Part shown: positions 26,282-40,047 of the stretch, piece after piece
How positions within the stretch are numbered: position 1 is the first letter of the stretch
Layout: each line of letters starts with the position of its first letter
DNA from: Octopus vulgaris
Lineage: Eukaryota
Assembly: GCA_951406725.2 (NCBI GenBank)
Contig: OX597825.1
Location: forward strand, 73,904,001 to 73,968,000
Direction of reading: 5' to 3'
Length of the DNA stretch: 64,000 bases
Translations under genes and position numbers: made by a program
The notes under the pieces: model-generated
What the model was told of the DNA's origin: nothing
The model's input: only the letters and a program-made list of their open reading frames with translations
Databases searched by the model: none

Positions 26282-26766
26282 TACTACATTTCCGAATTTT
26301 GGATTTTCATTAGCAAACACAGGAACCCTAACTGTTAACTGTAAACTATAAAACAAGTTTTTCAGCTTATCGCACTTCGATATAGAAAAAATTTGCATCC
26401 TTCTCCGTTAAAAATTCTATTGTTTCTGTAACCTGTTATTTTTGTACCTTCAAGGGATTGCTTAAAGCTTACTAGCTTCCTACACCTTTTACCTTTACAC
26501 ACACACACACACACATATGATACATACACACATACACACATACAAACATATATACATACATAAAAACAAAACTACCCTGTTGTTATTGATGTTGAAATTC
26601 CAATGAAGGGACCTTAGATCAAGGTTAGAAACGGGTCCTGTCTCTATTGGCAAGAAATCTTGAAATAAACTGAATAATGACATACATAAATGATGCATTA
26701 TGACTTTCTGTTACTTCAGGCTCGGCACACACCTGTGTATCTATCTCTCTATCTATCTCTCTTTCT

Positions 26767-26838
<72 letters not shown>

Positions 26839-26852
26839 AAGAACACACACAT

Positions 26853-26903
<51 letters not shown>

Positions 26904-27128
26904 ATAATAATATTAGGGAGTATAACTCCAAACTTACAGGGAAAAGTTCATATTAAATCAAATTTCACAATTTAAATATTTAATATATAAATTAGAGGAA
27001 AAAACCCCACTATTATGCAATTCAAACAATGATAGACATAAACCAAATTATAAATAAAAAAATAAAATATATTTTTATAAAACATATAATTAGATCACAA
27101 AAAGTGGTTTCTCAAATTTATATATATA

Positions 27129-27405
27129 CTAGCAGTATCGCCCGGCGTTGCTCAGGTTTGTAAGGGAAATAACTATAAAGCATTTTTAGAGAGTTATAGC
27201 CAAAAAATAGCAAAAAAAAATGGGAAAAAAATGATGGTAAATTTTTTTGAGAGTTAAAAAAGGTGGAGTTGCGTCCCCTAGACGGTCTGTGGTTTGGGTT
27301 TCTGATTCTCGAATCATCAGAATCGGTTGAAAGCCGTGGTCAGAGTGAGGGTACGAGACAACAGACACACAGAAAACGCACAGACAAACTGCCGTTTATA
27401 TATAT
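27129..27405 (-). mobile_element. Non-autonomous Helitron (minus strand)
   Basis: 3' end ...gagcaacgccgggcgatactgCTAG shared with the 10717 Helitron; 5' end tatataaacggcagtttgtctgtgcg. Confidence 0.78.
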
Positions 27406-27418
27406 ATATATATATATA

Positions 27419-27702
27419 TCTATATATAAACGGCAGTTTGTCTGTGCGTGTTTCTGTGTGTCTGTTTTCTGTACCCTCACTCTGACCACGGCTTTCAACC
27501 GATTCTGATGAAACTTGACACACACATAGCCCAATGTCATAATTCAAAACTAACGCAGCGAAAATTTTGAAAAGTACCCCCAGTTCTGAAAAAAAATCGA
27601 TAAATTCGACATGGGGTCGAGAATCAGGAACACAAACCACAGACCGTCTAGGGGACGCAACTCCACCTTTTTAACTCTCAAAAACATTTACATCATTTTT
27701 TT
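27419..27702 (+). mobile_element. Helitron 5' portion, head-to-head with the previous copy
   Basis: Starts TCtatatataaacggcagtttgtctgtgcg; inverted copy of 27226-27400 with an extra ~110-bp segment. Confidence 0.7.
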
Positions 27703-27742
27703 CAGAAAACGCTACAGACAAACTGCTTTTTATTTCCTTATA

Positions 27743-27785
<43 letters not shown>

Positions 27786-28049
27786 GAAAGCTTCTTTCCG
27801 ATCTATATGTTCATAAAAAATGGTTTCCTGGATTCTGTAGCATATATATTGGGACTGGACACAGCTCCGTCGCAGGAATACTCACATTTTGACAGTTGAG
27901 TGGATTGGAACATCGTGAAATGAAATATTTTGCCCAACAACAGGATGCATTACTCTATCCGGGAATCGAAACCACAATTTTACGATAATGAATGCAGCAC
28001 TGCTAACTATAAACCACGCACCTCCACTCTCCACTCTTCACTTTCCTAT

Positions 28050-28666
28050 ATATACTCTCTCTCTCTTACTCTCTTACTTGCTTCAGTCATTTGACTGCGG
28101 CCATGCTGAAGCACCGCCTTTAATTGAGCAACTCGACCCTGGGACTTATTCTTTTGTAAGCCCAGTACTTATTCTATCGGTCTCTTTCGCCGAACCGCTA
28201 AGGTAACGGGGACATAAACACACCAGCATCGGTTGTCAAGCAATGCTAGGGAGACAAACACAGACACACAAACACACACACGCATATATATATATATACA
28301 TACATATATACGACGGGCTTCTTTTCAGTTTCCGTCTACCAAATCCTCACAGAAGGATTTGGTCGGCCCGAGGCTATAGTAGAAGACACTTGCCCAAGGT
28401 GCCACGCAGTGGGATTGAACCCGGAACCATGTGGTTGGTAAACAAGCTACTTATCACACAGCCTCTCCTACACCTATATATATATATATATATACATACA
28501 TATATATATACACATATATACGACGGGCTTCTTTTCAGTTTCCGTCTACCAAATCCACTCACAAGGCTTTGGTCGGCCCGAGGCTATAGTAGAAGAATAC
28601 ACTTGCCCAAGGTGCCACGCAGTGGGATTGAACCCGGAACCATGTGGTTTTACCACACAGCCACTC
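28050..28666 (-). mobile_element. SINE family B with tandemly duplicated left arm
   Basis: Full copy at 28050-28478 plus a second left arm at 28518-28666 sharing the diagnostic ttcttttcag and gggattgaac variants. Confidence 0.85.
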
Positions 28667-29319
28667 GTCCATTTCATAGTTCGATTTCTAATGTGACGTT
28701 ACTATTGACTGAGTCATTATCTTTTGTTGTCGTCGTTTCATTTACCAATTCTCCTCTGATGTCTGTCATCAGTTGTCTGCTTCACTGTTTTTTATCCGTA
28801 TATGGTTTCCTCAACTTTTTAATTCATGTCTTGAAGCTGATTTTCTGAAATTGTTTAATATAGTTTGGTCACTTCTCTGTTTCTTTTATCTCTGCCTGTC
28901 GACTTTGTAATCGTATTCTCTTTCGCTAAGATGTGACTTGTTTATTTGTTTCTCACTTATCCATTATCTTCCTATTCAAGAAATGCTACTTGCTTGAATA
29001 TTTTATCGCTGTATAATATTGTAGGGTATTCTCAGGCTCATCATCAGAGTTAGAAACGAACGATTTAATAACAACAACAACAATAAAAATTAAAATAATA
29101 ATAATAATAATAATAATGATAATAATATTAAAAATTTTTTTTTTATGTATTAGACATTCACTAGTACAACACCAAAAAACCCCAAATATATGGCACACTA
29201 GGCATAACAACAATGTAAACTTCCAACCTGTTGTCTTTTGAGGTCTCTGGGTGAGACTTGGAGCCAACTTGTACAGACATAAAGCAAAAGTCAAACATAG
29301 AATAATAATAATAATACTT

Positions 29320-29529
29320 TTAACTAAAGGCACAAGGCCTGAAATTTTGGGGGAGGAGACTAGTCAATTACTTCAACCTCGGTGTTTTACTGGTATCTAA
29401 TTTATCGATCACCAAAAGGTTGAGAGGCAAAGTCGACCCCAGCGGAACTTGAACTCAGATTGTAAAAACGGATGAAATATTGATAAGCATTTCGCCTGGT
29501 GCGCTAACAATTCTACCAGCTCGCCGCCT
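29320..29529 (-). mobile_element. SINE family A (short-tail subfamily)
   Basis: Family A match. Confidence 0.8.
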
Positions 29530-29540
29530 TAAATAATGAT

Positions 29541-29640
29541 NNNNNNNNNNNNNNNNNNNNNNNNNNNNNNNNNNNNNNNNNNNNNNNNNNNNNNNNNNNN
29601 NNNNNNNNNNNNNNNNNNNNNNNNNNNNNNNNNNNNNNNN
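29541..29640. other. Assembly gap (100 N)
   Basis: Run of N. Confidence 1.
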
Positions 29641-29761
29641 ACCAGATGGCAATTGCTAAAAAGCATTCGTGAAGTAATATCATGTAGCAACACCATATGG
29701 CGGTGCCCCAGCATGGCCACAGCTCGTGAGCTGAAACTAGATAAAATAAAAAAATATATAT

Positions 29762-29814
<53 letters not shown>

Positions 29815-29989
29815 CACGTATACGTACATATATATCAACATATGTATATATGTATATGTATATAAATATGTGTATATACCTATATATGTATATGATATGC
29901 ATACATATACATACACATATATATGCATTTATATATACATACTCAGATATATATTGCATACATGTGTATATGTAGATGTATACATACAT

Positions 29990-30023
<34 letters not shown>

Positions 30024-30051
30024 ACACCCCCCACATATATAATATATGTAT

Positions 30052-30465
30052 ATACTCTTTTACTCTTTTACTTGTTTCAGTCATTTGATTGCGGCCATGC
30101 TGGAGCACCGCCTCCAGTCGAGCAAATCGACCCCGTGACTTACTCTTTGCAAGCCCAATAACCACTCTATCGGTCTCTTCCGCCGAACCGCCAAGTGACT
30201 GGGACGTAAACACACCAGCATCTGTTGTCAAGCAATGCTAGGGAGACAAACACAGACACACAAACACACACACATACACACACATATATATAAATATATA
30301 CATATATACGACAGGCTTCTTTCAGTTTCCGTCTACCAAATCCACTCACAAGGCATTGGTCGGCCCGGGGCTATAGCAGAAGACACTTGCCCAAGATGCC
30401 ACGCAGTGGGACTGGACCCGGAACCATGTGGTTGGTTAGGAATCTACTTACCACGCAGCCACTCC
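30052..30465 (-). mobile_element. SINE family B
   Basis: Full-length match. Confidence 0.9.
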
Positions 30466-30862
30466 ACACACGTGTGTGTGTGTGTGCGTGTTTGTGTGAA
30501 GAGATGTTACAGAATTAAAGAAAGAAAGATAAATGAGGAATGAAAAGCGTGTTTGAAACATCTCGATGAAAATGAGACACGTTTGTTTCAGATCTGATGT
30601 TTAAAGGTTGGCGGATGGAGGGAGGTTGTTCTCTAAGTAAACTGTTATTTTACAGGAGTCGTTGTTTAGGTAAACTGATTGCGTGTAGATCATTACAATG
30701 ATCCACATTACATGACTTGTAGCTGTTATCCTCTGTTATCTCTGCATGATGAAATGTTTGTTTTTGTGTTACGAAGGCTGTTTCGACTCTTACAACCTGG
30801 GTATGTTTTCCTTTCTGTTATATCAAAGTATTCAGCTTACACGTAAATGCTAATTTCTTAAC

Positions 30863-30910
<48 letters not shown>

Positions 30911-30959
30911 TACTTCTCTGCTTTTTCTGTCTATTTCTCTCTCTCTTTCTCTCTTTCAA

Positions 30960-31410
<451 letters not shown>

Positions 31411-31482
31411 TATATACATAGGTTAGAAACCGGTTCTTTCTCTAATAGTAAGAAACCTTGAAATAAATTGAATAATGACATT

Positions 31483-31777
31483 CATACACACATACATACA
31501 TGCATGCTTGCATACATACATAATGCTCGCGTACATATATGCATACATGCATGTATGCGTACATACATACATACACATACATACACATACATACATACGT
31601 ACATACATACATACATACATACATACATACTTACATACATACACACACATACATACATACGTACATGCGTACATACATACATACATACACATACATACAC
31701 ATACATACATACATATACATACATACATACACACACACACATACATACATACATGCATACATACGTACATATATGCA

Positions 31778-31808
<31 letters not shown>

Positions 31809-32125
31809 GTATATACATACATACGTACATACATACATACATATACATACATACGTACATACATACATACATACGTACATACATATATACATGCATGCAT
31901 ACATACATACATACACATACATACATACATACATACGTACATACATACATACATACATACATATATTCATACACACATACACACATACATACATGCATAC
32001 ATACATACATACGTACATACATACATACATATACATACATACGTACATACATACATACATACGTACATACATATATACATGCATGCATACATACATACAT
32101 ACACATACATACATACATACATACA

Positions 32126-32158
<33 letters not shown>

Positions 32159-32297
32159 TCATACACACATACACACATACATACATGCATACATACATAC
32201 ATACGTACATACATACATACATACATACACACATACACACATACATACATACATACATACAAACATACATACATACATACATACATACATACATACA

Positions 32298-32330
<33 letters not shown>

Positions 32331-32345
32331 GTATATCATATATAC
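31483..32345. repeat. Degenerate (TACA)n microsatellite with higher-order duplication
   Basis: Direct inspection; an interrupted pattern recurs at ~31880 and ~32068. Confidence 0.9.
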
Positions 32346-32644
32346 ATAAGGAAGTCTAACTTGAGACAGGGTTCTGGACCGAATGCTGCAAGATACTATA
32401 CACCACTAAAGGGATGAAATGGTTCGATAGGAGTTTTAAACTGGGCAACAGATACAGAACAGCGAATGCACACATCGCACTAGTCCGTTATTTCCGCCTG
32501 ATCTTCGTATTTTGGTCGGAAAGAACATCAGCGGCCAACATCTCCAACAGAAAATGGTTCGCTATGACCAGGTTTACTCTTCTGCTCCAGATCTGCAGCA
32601 TTCACTGATGTTTTTTTTTATCAGTGTGTGGGTAGTATTACCGT

Positions 32645-32858
32645 TTTACTCTTTTTTTTACTCTTTTACTTGTTTTAGTCATTTGACTGCGGCCAAGCTG
32701 GAGCACCGCCTTTAGTCGAGGAAAACGACCCCAGGACTTATTCTTTGTAAGTCTAGTACTTATTCTATCGGTCTCTTTTGCCGAACCGCTAAGTTACGAG
32801 GACGTAAACAAACCAGCAACTGTTGTCAAGCGATGTTGGGGGGACAAACACAAACACA

Positions 32859-32920
<62 letters not shown>

Positions 32921-33083
32921 CGACCGGCTTCTTTCAGTTTCCGTCTACCAAATCCACTCACAAGGCTTTGGTCGGCCCGAGGCTATAGTAGAAGACACTT
33001 GCCCAAGGTGCCACGCAGTGGGACTGAACCCGGAACCATGTGGTTGGTAAGCAAGCTACTTACCACACAGCCACTCCTGCGCC
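32645..33083 (-). mobile_element. SINE family B
   Basis: Near-consensus full-length copy. Confidence 0.92.
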
Positions 33084-33399
33084 TTTTGTTTAGTTTTTGT
33101 TTCTAAGAATTTTCTCTCAATTCATCTCTTTAACGGAACTGCAGCCTTGAGTCAAGCAAAAACCAAATTGAGTGCCAAGCATCTAGAATGTTCTGAGGGC
33201 CTCCTGGTTTTATATCATCTCGACAGTGTACTTACTAGTGATGTATAACACACTGCTAACACAGCATAAAACAGCACTGACTTATACAAAACGATTAATA
33301 TACCTCGTAGTATATTATGTTCGCATAACAAAATAACTCGTCCCTACAAGTCATTAATGTGTTTACTGTTAAGACATCTTTGCATTTTTTTGCAGTGTC

Positions 33400-33625
33400 A
33401 GCGGTGGAAACGAGTAATGACGCCCTTGGATACACTCTAGACATCAATGAATATCAACCGAATAGATTACTGCGGGTATGGAGGGCTCTTCGCCCAGGGT
33501 CTTTAAATAATCCTCCGGAGACCTTGTATTTCAGAGTGGTTACGAACGGTATTGCCTGTTCGGGATAAACTCAAATGAGCCAAAAAGTGCCACCAGCTGG
33601 GCCCCGACTGTTGCGGTTTCTCTAA
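33400..33625 (+). pseudogene. Tx1/L1-like ORF2 C-terminal (zf-RVT region) remnant
   Basis: Frameshifted ...PGSLNN...VLPVRDKL..., resembling the LPxxD(K/R)L motif before the L1/Tx1 CCHC finger. Confidence 0.4.
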
Positions 33626-33670
33626 AACATGTGGGTCGTACCTTTGATAACCAGCGTAGATACAGTAGTT

Positions 33671-33706
<36 letters not shown>

Positions 33707-33716
33707 ATGGCAGTGG

Positions 33717-33955
33717 TGGCGGCGAGCTGGCAGAAACATTAGCACGCCGGGCGAAATGCGTAGCCGTATTTCGTCTGTCGTTACGTTGTGAGTTCGAATT
33801 CCACCGAGGTCGACTTTGCCTTTCATCCTTTCGGGTGTCGATATATTAAGTACCAGTTACGCACTGGGGATCGATGTAATCGACTTAATACCTATGTCTG
33901 TCCTTGTTTGTCCCCTCTGTGTTTAGCCCCTTGTGGGTAATAAAGAAATAGGTAT
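33717..33955 (+). mobile_element. SINE family A
   Basis: Full-length, ends aaagaaataggtatt. Confidence 0.92.
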
Positions 33956-34307
33956 TGGTGGACTCTTCTGTCGTGAACGACAGGTGATGTTCCTGTAATT
34001 CCTTGCCGAAAACTAAGCGCGGGTAAACTTGTTTAGAGTGATCAAATGTGTGTGTTATACATTAGCTGCCGCCCTCCCTCCCACGACCTCTCCCTCAAAT
34101 CGACATTATCTGTAAAGGTGCACGATTGGACCACGCGTTAGATGGTTAGGGTTAGTACCAGCTGTTGTTCGATATATATATATATACGTAGCTGATTGTG
34201 GGTGGTAACGGTGGTAACGGTGTTGGTCGTGGAGACAGGTAACGACAGCAAAAGGTAATAAATATTGCTGATAGGCTACGTAAGGTGGTGGGTGTGACGT
34301 TCTGCTG

Positions 34308-34341
34308 TAACAACAACAACAACAATAACAACAGCAACTAT

Positions 34342-34384
<43 letters not shown>

Positions 34385-34427
34385 GCTGCTGCTACTACTA
34401 CTACTACTACTACTGCTACAACTACTA

Positions 34428-34458
<31 letters not shown>

Positions 34459-34626
34459 TGCTGCTGCTACTACTACTACTACTACTACTACAACTACTAC
34501 TACTACTACTACTTCGCTGAAAACAGCTACTGTTGTTGTTGCTGTTACTACTAGCAGTACCAAAAGAACTAGAACAATGACAACAACAACAACTACTACT
34601 ACAACTGCTACAACTACTACTACATT

Positions 34627-34695
<69 letters not shown>

Positions 34696-34852
34696 GCTAT
34701 GCACAGCTTCTGCGGCTACCACCACCACCACCACCACCACCACCACCACCATTACTACTACGTAGCTAAAAAAAAAACACAACAGCTATAAACTACTACG
34801 ACAACTACCAATGGTAGCAGCACCAGCAGTAGCAGTAGCAGCAGCAGCAGCA
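34308..34852. repeat. Compound trinucleotide field (AAC/ACT/GCT/ACC/AGC)
   Basis: Direct inspection. Confidence 0.92.
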
Positions 34853-35344
34853 AGTCTATTGACAGTTCTGTTTTTTTTTTTTTCCCCCCCCCCCCCCATT
34901 GTCATAAAACCTCAACAGGTGCTGCTGGTTCGGTGTGTGTTTAAATGTTAACTATATCCACCATGAATGATAAGGATAATGCTACAACTATTGTAACACG
35001 AGACAGCTGACGTTCACATCTACGACATTCAAGATGGCGTCGATATCTGTGACAATGGAGACAGGAGAAAGCTTTATAAAAACGAAGCATTATAAAATAG
35101 TGTCCGTATGTCCACGTCCGAGGCAGTAGAGTGTGATTTGAGGGTGATTTGGCTGTTATTTCTATTTCTATTTATTTTGTCCTTTTCTTATCATTTGTCC
35201 TTTTATTATCATTTATTGTGTTTTGCTTCCAGCGGGTTGGACGACAATGGTTGAATTATACACACGCACATATATACGCGCGAATGCATACTGCACACAC
35301 GCTTAGATGCATATATAAAATATACGCAAACATGTATACAAATA

Positions 35345-35553
35345 TATTTCGTTACTACCCACAAGGGGCTAAACGCAGAGGGGACAAACAAGGACAAACA
35401 AACGGATTAAATCGATTACATCGACCCCAGTGCGTAACTGGTACTTAATTTATCGACCCCGAAAGGATGAAAGGCAAAGTCGACCTCGGCGGAATTTGAA
35501 CTCGGAACGTAACGACAGACGAAATAGGGTTACGCATTTCGCCCGGCGTGCTA
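35345..35553 (-). mobile_element. SINE family A
   Basis: Family A match, slightly 5' truncated. Confidence 0.88.
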
Positions 35554-35599
35554 ATACATAATGATTGTATATATGCACGTGTGTATGTGTCTGTGTATA

Positions 35600-35818
35600 A
35601 ATACATACATACATACACATACATACATACATACATACATACATACATGCATACTTACATACATGCATGCATACATACATACATACATACATACATGCAT
35701 ACATAAATACATACATACATACATACATACATACACACATGCATACATACATACATACATGCATACATACATACATACATACATACATACATACACACAT
35801 GCATACATACATACATAC

Positions 35819-35849
<31 letters not shown>

Positions 35850-36163
35850 CATACATACATACATACATACATACATACATACATACATACATACATACAT
35901 ACATACATACATACATACACACATGCATACATAAATACATACATACATACATACATACATACATACACACATACATACATACATACATACATACATACAT
36001 ACATACATACATACATACATACATACATACATACATACATACATACATACATACATACATACATACATACATACATACATACATACATACATACATACAT
36101 ACATAAATACATACATACATACATACATACATACACACATGCATACATACATACATACACACA
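35600..36163. repeat. (TACA)n microsatellite
   Basis: Direct inspection. Confidence 0.95.
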
Positions 36164-36171
36164 TAGGCGGC

Positions 36172-36680
36172 CTTCGAATGCCGTATGGTATCACTCAGGC
36201 AGCACCTGCTAAACAATAGCTGCAAAGCTAAATATATAAATGCAGTGCTGAAAAGTGAAGCGAGCAACATTGTACGAGTTGCAGTGAGCTCCTCAGGAAG
36301 CACTCTCTTCCTGATGATCTCCTATACAGCCCCCAAAACAGCTAGGCTCTCTTACCCCAGAGAAAACCTGGATGGAAAGCACTCAGCATACTAAAAATTA
36401 AGAAAGACTATGCATACGTATGTTACCCGGAGCTTGAAGGAGATAGTAAAATTGACACGAAGCGCAACCTCTCTAGAACACAAGACTATTACATCACATC
36501 ACACTTTGAAGGCTATGCGTTTGCAATCCAGGAACAGGAGATTGCCACAAAGTAACTGGTGGACAAGAGAGACAGTGACGCTCTTGTAATCCCAAGGTGC
36601 AACCACATGTGTAGGCTATGACATGTTTCTGTGGAAGACATCACGCATTTGATAAGTAGCTATCCTAAAATGTCGTCATT
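36172..36680 (+). pseudogene. R4/Dong/NeSL-like non-LTR retrotransposon fragment (post-RT region and zinc knuckle)
   Basis: Encodes ITSHFEGYAFAIQEQEIATK*...HMCRL*HVSVEDITHLISSYPKMS (AIQEQ motif and decayed CxxC-H-C), with stops and frameshifts. Confidence 0.75.
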
Positions 36681-37273
36681 TTCGAACACACGCCATCAGG
36701 AATATCCACTACACATGTTTTCTCTCGCTCGCGTTGCACTGTTACCAATACCGAATATACATTTGTGCAATAGCGAATATAGAGACCACTAAATTTCCAT
36801 TGGCTAACAAATAGAATATATATGCCAGACACGGGCTTGAGAACGAAATTTGCTTCGAAGGCGCAAACCCAAGTCCAAAAATTTTTACAAACAAGGCTTT
36901 ATTGCTTTTTTTAAAATTTATTTTTGTCCATTTTTCTTTGAGAAAAAATCTAACTTCGAGTTACTTTTTACAGATTACTTTTTATTCACTGCTAGGGAAA
37001 AGTAAATAGGGGTGAAGAGTTTGATTTTGCACCTCACAAAAATTCTAGGTTGTGCGCTTTCACTCCCCTGCATCCCCTGTTTCCGGACCCATGCATACAG
37101 AGAGCAGAGCACGTGTCCACGTTAATATTTGGTTATTAAGTCTATACTGAATGGTGGATTGCAAGAACTGTTAGTGCTTCGTAAACTATTTGTCTTATGA
37201 GGTCAAACAATTAGTTTTAAAATGTAACATTACTTTTCTGCATCCCTAATACACACAAGCACACACACATATG

Positions 37274-37458
<185 letters not shown>

Positions 37459-37463
37459 AATAT

Positions 37464-37520
<57 letters not shown>

Positions 37521-37604
37521 ATTGGCCCAGGCCATATGTATATTCAGTACAGACACATAGCAGAAGTTACACACATAGCACTCACATCCAAGGACTCACT
37601 TTTT

Positions 37605-38074
37605 TGAGGCACAATTGAGGTGAAATAGTTGTGCCGTATTGCGTTATGTGATGCGATTTAGATTTTTGTTGTGGACGGATGGCACGTGGTCCAAGCCTTG
37701 GATGCATAGGTCAACATCATTCGGACAGTGCTGATGGAATATTTTCCACATCATACAGATAATGTAGCGTCACGGGCGTTGGAGGGCAATTTCAGCTCTC
37801 TAGTCACCCCAGTAGTGAAGGTCTGACATGCCATCTATCTTTTTTGTGATGACCTTTGGGGAGCTTCAATTCTCATAATATTTTGTTTTGTGTATATACC
37901 ACAGTGGACAGCAGTATTCAAGGTGGGGTCGGGCAAAAGTGGAGAAGAGAAGGATAATAGCGTGGGAATCTCTCGACTGGAAGGTTCTGAGAATCCAGGA
38001 ACACATTCTGCGGGCCATGTCAACTTTGCTGCTTATATGTGTAGCCCAGCTTATGTTGTTGTCCACTGTTACTC

Positions 38075-38076
<2 letters not shown>
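37605..38076 (-). pseudogene. CR1/L2-group LINE reverse transcriptase C-terminal fragment
   Basis: [14 protein letters not shown]...ILRTF...[18 protein letters not shown], then frameshifted IEAPQR; typical GV.D...W..HI / RPHLEYC motifs. Confidence 0.85.
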
Positions 38077-38168
<92 letters not shown>

Positions 38169-38202
38169 ATATATATGTATATATATATGTATATTAATAC
38201 AG

Positions 38203-38373
<171 letters not shown>

Positions 38374-39032
38374 GTATATATATATGTATATTAATACAGA
38401 CACATACAAACACAAGCACTCACATACTCACAGGCACATATATGTACCAGCTGTGCCGTTAAACAACTGCGAATAGGTCTTAAACAAGAATTGTGGCAGG
38501 GCGATGTCCTCTTTACAACGTTTAGGATGAGTCGGGCAACATATGTTGTCACTTGTTGGTTATACGGTGCGTTACACTACGTAATATTCCACTTGTGTTT
38601 TGAGTCTCGGATACATTTCAGATCTCACACTCTTATAATATCTGACTTGCCGGTCTGTCTAAAACTATTATGGTGCGCGCACACACACACACACACACAC
38701 ACTTATATGTATAAATGAATCTGCACACAGGTGAATACGACAAATATGTACATATACATAATACATGCACACACTGATACGTGTATGTGTGTTTGTATAC
38801 ATACATACGTATATATATATACCATAGGTATGAGTAAGTATCTAATTTATTTCTTACGTATTTATCGCTGACGAGGAAAAAATTCTTATGAATTAACTCT
38901 GAAATTGGGACCGATACGATAATAATGGAATTTCTGTCGGCTTACTTCGAGACGCGTGTTTATAGTGATAAGTTATATGGTTATTGACAATTTGTTTATT
39001 AGAATTTTTTTTATTTTCCCCTTGTTTATAAG

Positions 39033-39112
<80 letters not shown>

Positions 39113-39113
<1 letters not shown>

Positions 39114-39290
39114 AGTGAAATGTACAGAAAAACAGAAGACGAAGGCAGGTCTATAAACAACAAACAGGTGTATTAGCTTAACGCTTGGAAAGGTGAGACA
39201 GTCTTTTACGTTTCGTGCCTACGCTCTTCAACGGAAAGGAACACGAGGAAATAAACAGAGAGAGAATAAAAGAAAGAAAACGTTTGGAGT
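39113..39290 (-). mobile_element. PLE-like mini-element family H2
   Basis: Minus strand cttt-CCGTTGA-agagcgtaggcac-GAAAC-GTA-aaag (39203-39238); abuts (TA)n. Confidence 0.6.
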
Positions 39291-39383
39291 AGGTAGATAG
39301 ATAGATAGCTTCATTATTAACTGGGTGATTACCTTATAACGGGCATTTAAAAGTTTCTATACTGTTATCCGTTGCCATATACC

Positions 39384-39608
39384 TATTTCTTTACTACCCA
39401 CAAGGGGCTAAACACAGAGGAGACGAACAAAGACAGACAAACGGATTAAGTCGATTATATCGACCCCAGTGCGTAACTGGTACTTATTTAATCGACCCCG
39501 AAAGGATGAAAGGCAAAGTCGACCTCGGCCGAATTTGAACTCAGAACGTAACGGCAGACGAAATACGGCTACGCATCTCACCCGGCGTGCTAACGGTTCT
39601 GCCAGCTC
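39384..39608 (-). mobile_element. SINE family A
   Basis: TSD ccgttgccatatacc on both sides. Confidence 0.92.
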
Positions 39609-40047
39609 CGTTGCCATATACCGTCATACGACATGGTTAGTCCTTGACCTAGATAAATATGTGGAACAGTGACGAAAGGGGAGGGGGGCAGCATTGGCTG
39701 ACAAGGATGAGAACGAAAGTGGGGTCTAGAACGATGAGGAGGCCGATGCCGTCAAAAACGTCTGCGACAAAGAAGTCAGCGTTGATGGCGGTGCCGACAA
39801 CTACGATGGCAACGACAACGAAAATGAGGACAAGGAAGATGACAACGATGAAGAAGCCTAGGACGACGAATGCGGTGGTAACGGAGACGATGCGAGCGAT
39901 TATGACGACGACGATGACGGCACGACGACGACGACGACGATGACGGCACGACGACGACGACGACGATGACGACGACGATGACGATGACACGACGAAGAAA
40001 ACATCAACGACGACCACGGTGAAGGCGGTGGCAGCAGCAACAGCAAC

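Noticed and set aside
27505-27515. ctgatgaaac as a hammerhead core
   Set aside because: No stem II between CUGAUGA and GAAA; it is part of the common Helitron internal motif ccgattctgatgaaactt
28670-29060. Possible 5' region of an R4/Dong-like element on the minus strand (…TLQYYTAIK…)
   Set aside because: Only vague resemblance with many stops; cannot be supported without a profile search
31423-32417. Long ORFs of up to 299 aa (MYVC/HTYI repeats), and similar ORFs at 15 kb, 20 kb, 35.5 kb, 44 kb, 56 kb and 61 kb
   Set aside because: Translations of stop-free microsatellites, open in several frames, with no protein-like complexity
32350-32610. Open frame with faint piggyBac-like FWS...MTRF.LLL pattern
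   Set aside because: No clear catalytic motif or splice signals; too weak
35030-35130. YY1/Kozak-like caagatggcgtcg with a short ORF
   Set aside because: Single motif, 31-codon ORF, no supporting promoter context
36829-37093. Possible hAT-type MITE (cacgggc...gacccatg)
   Set aside because: TIR match is short and no clean 8-bp TSD is present
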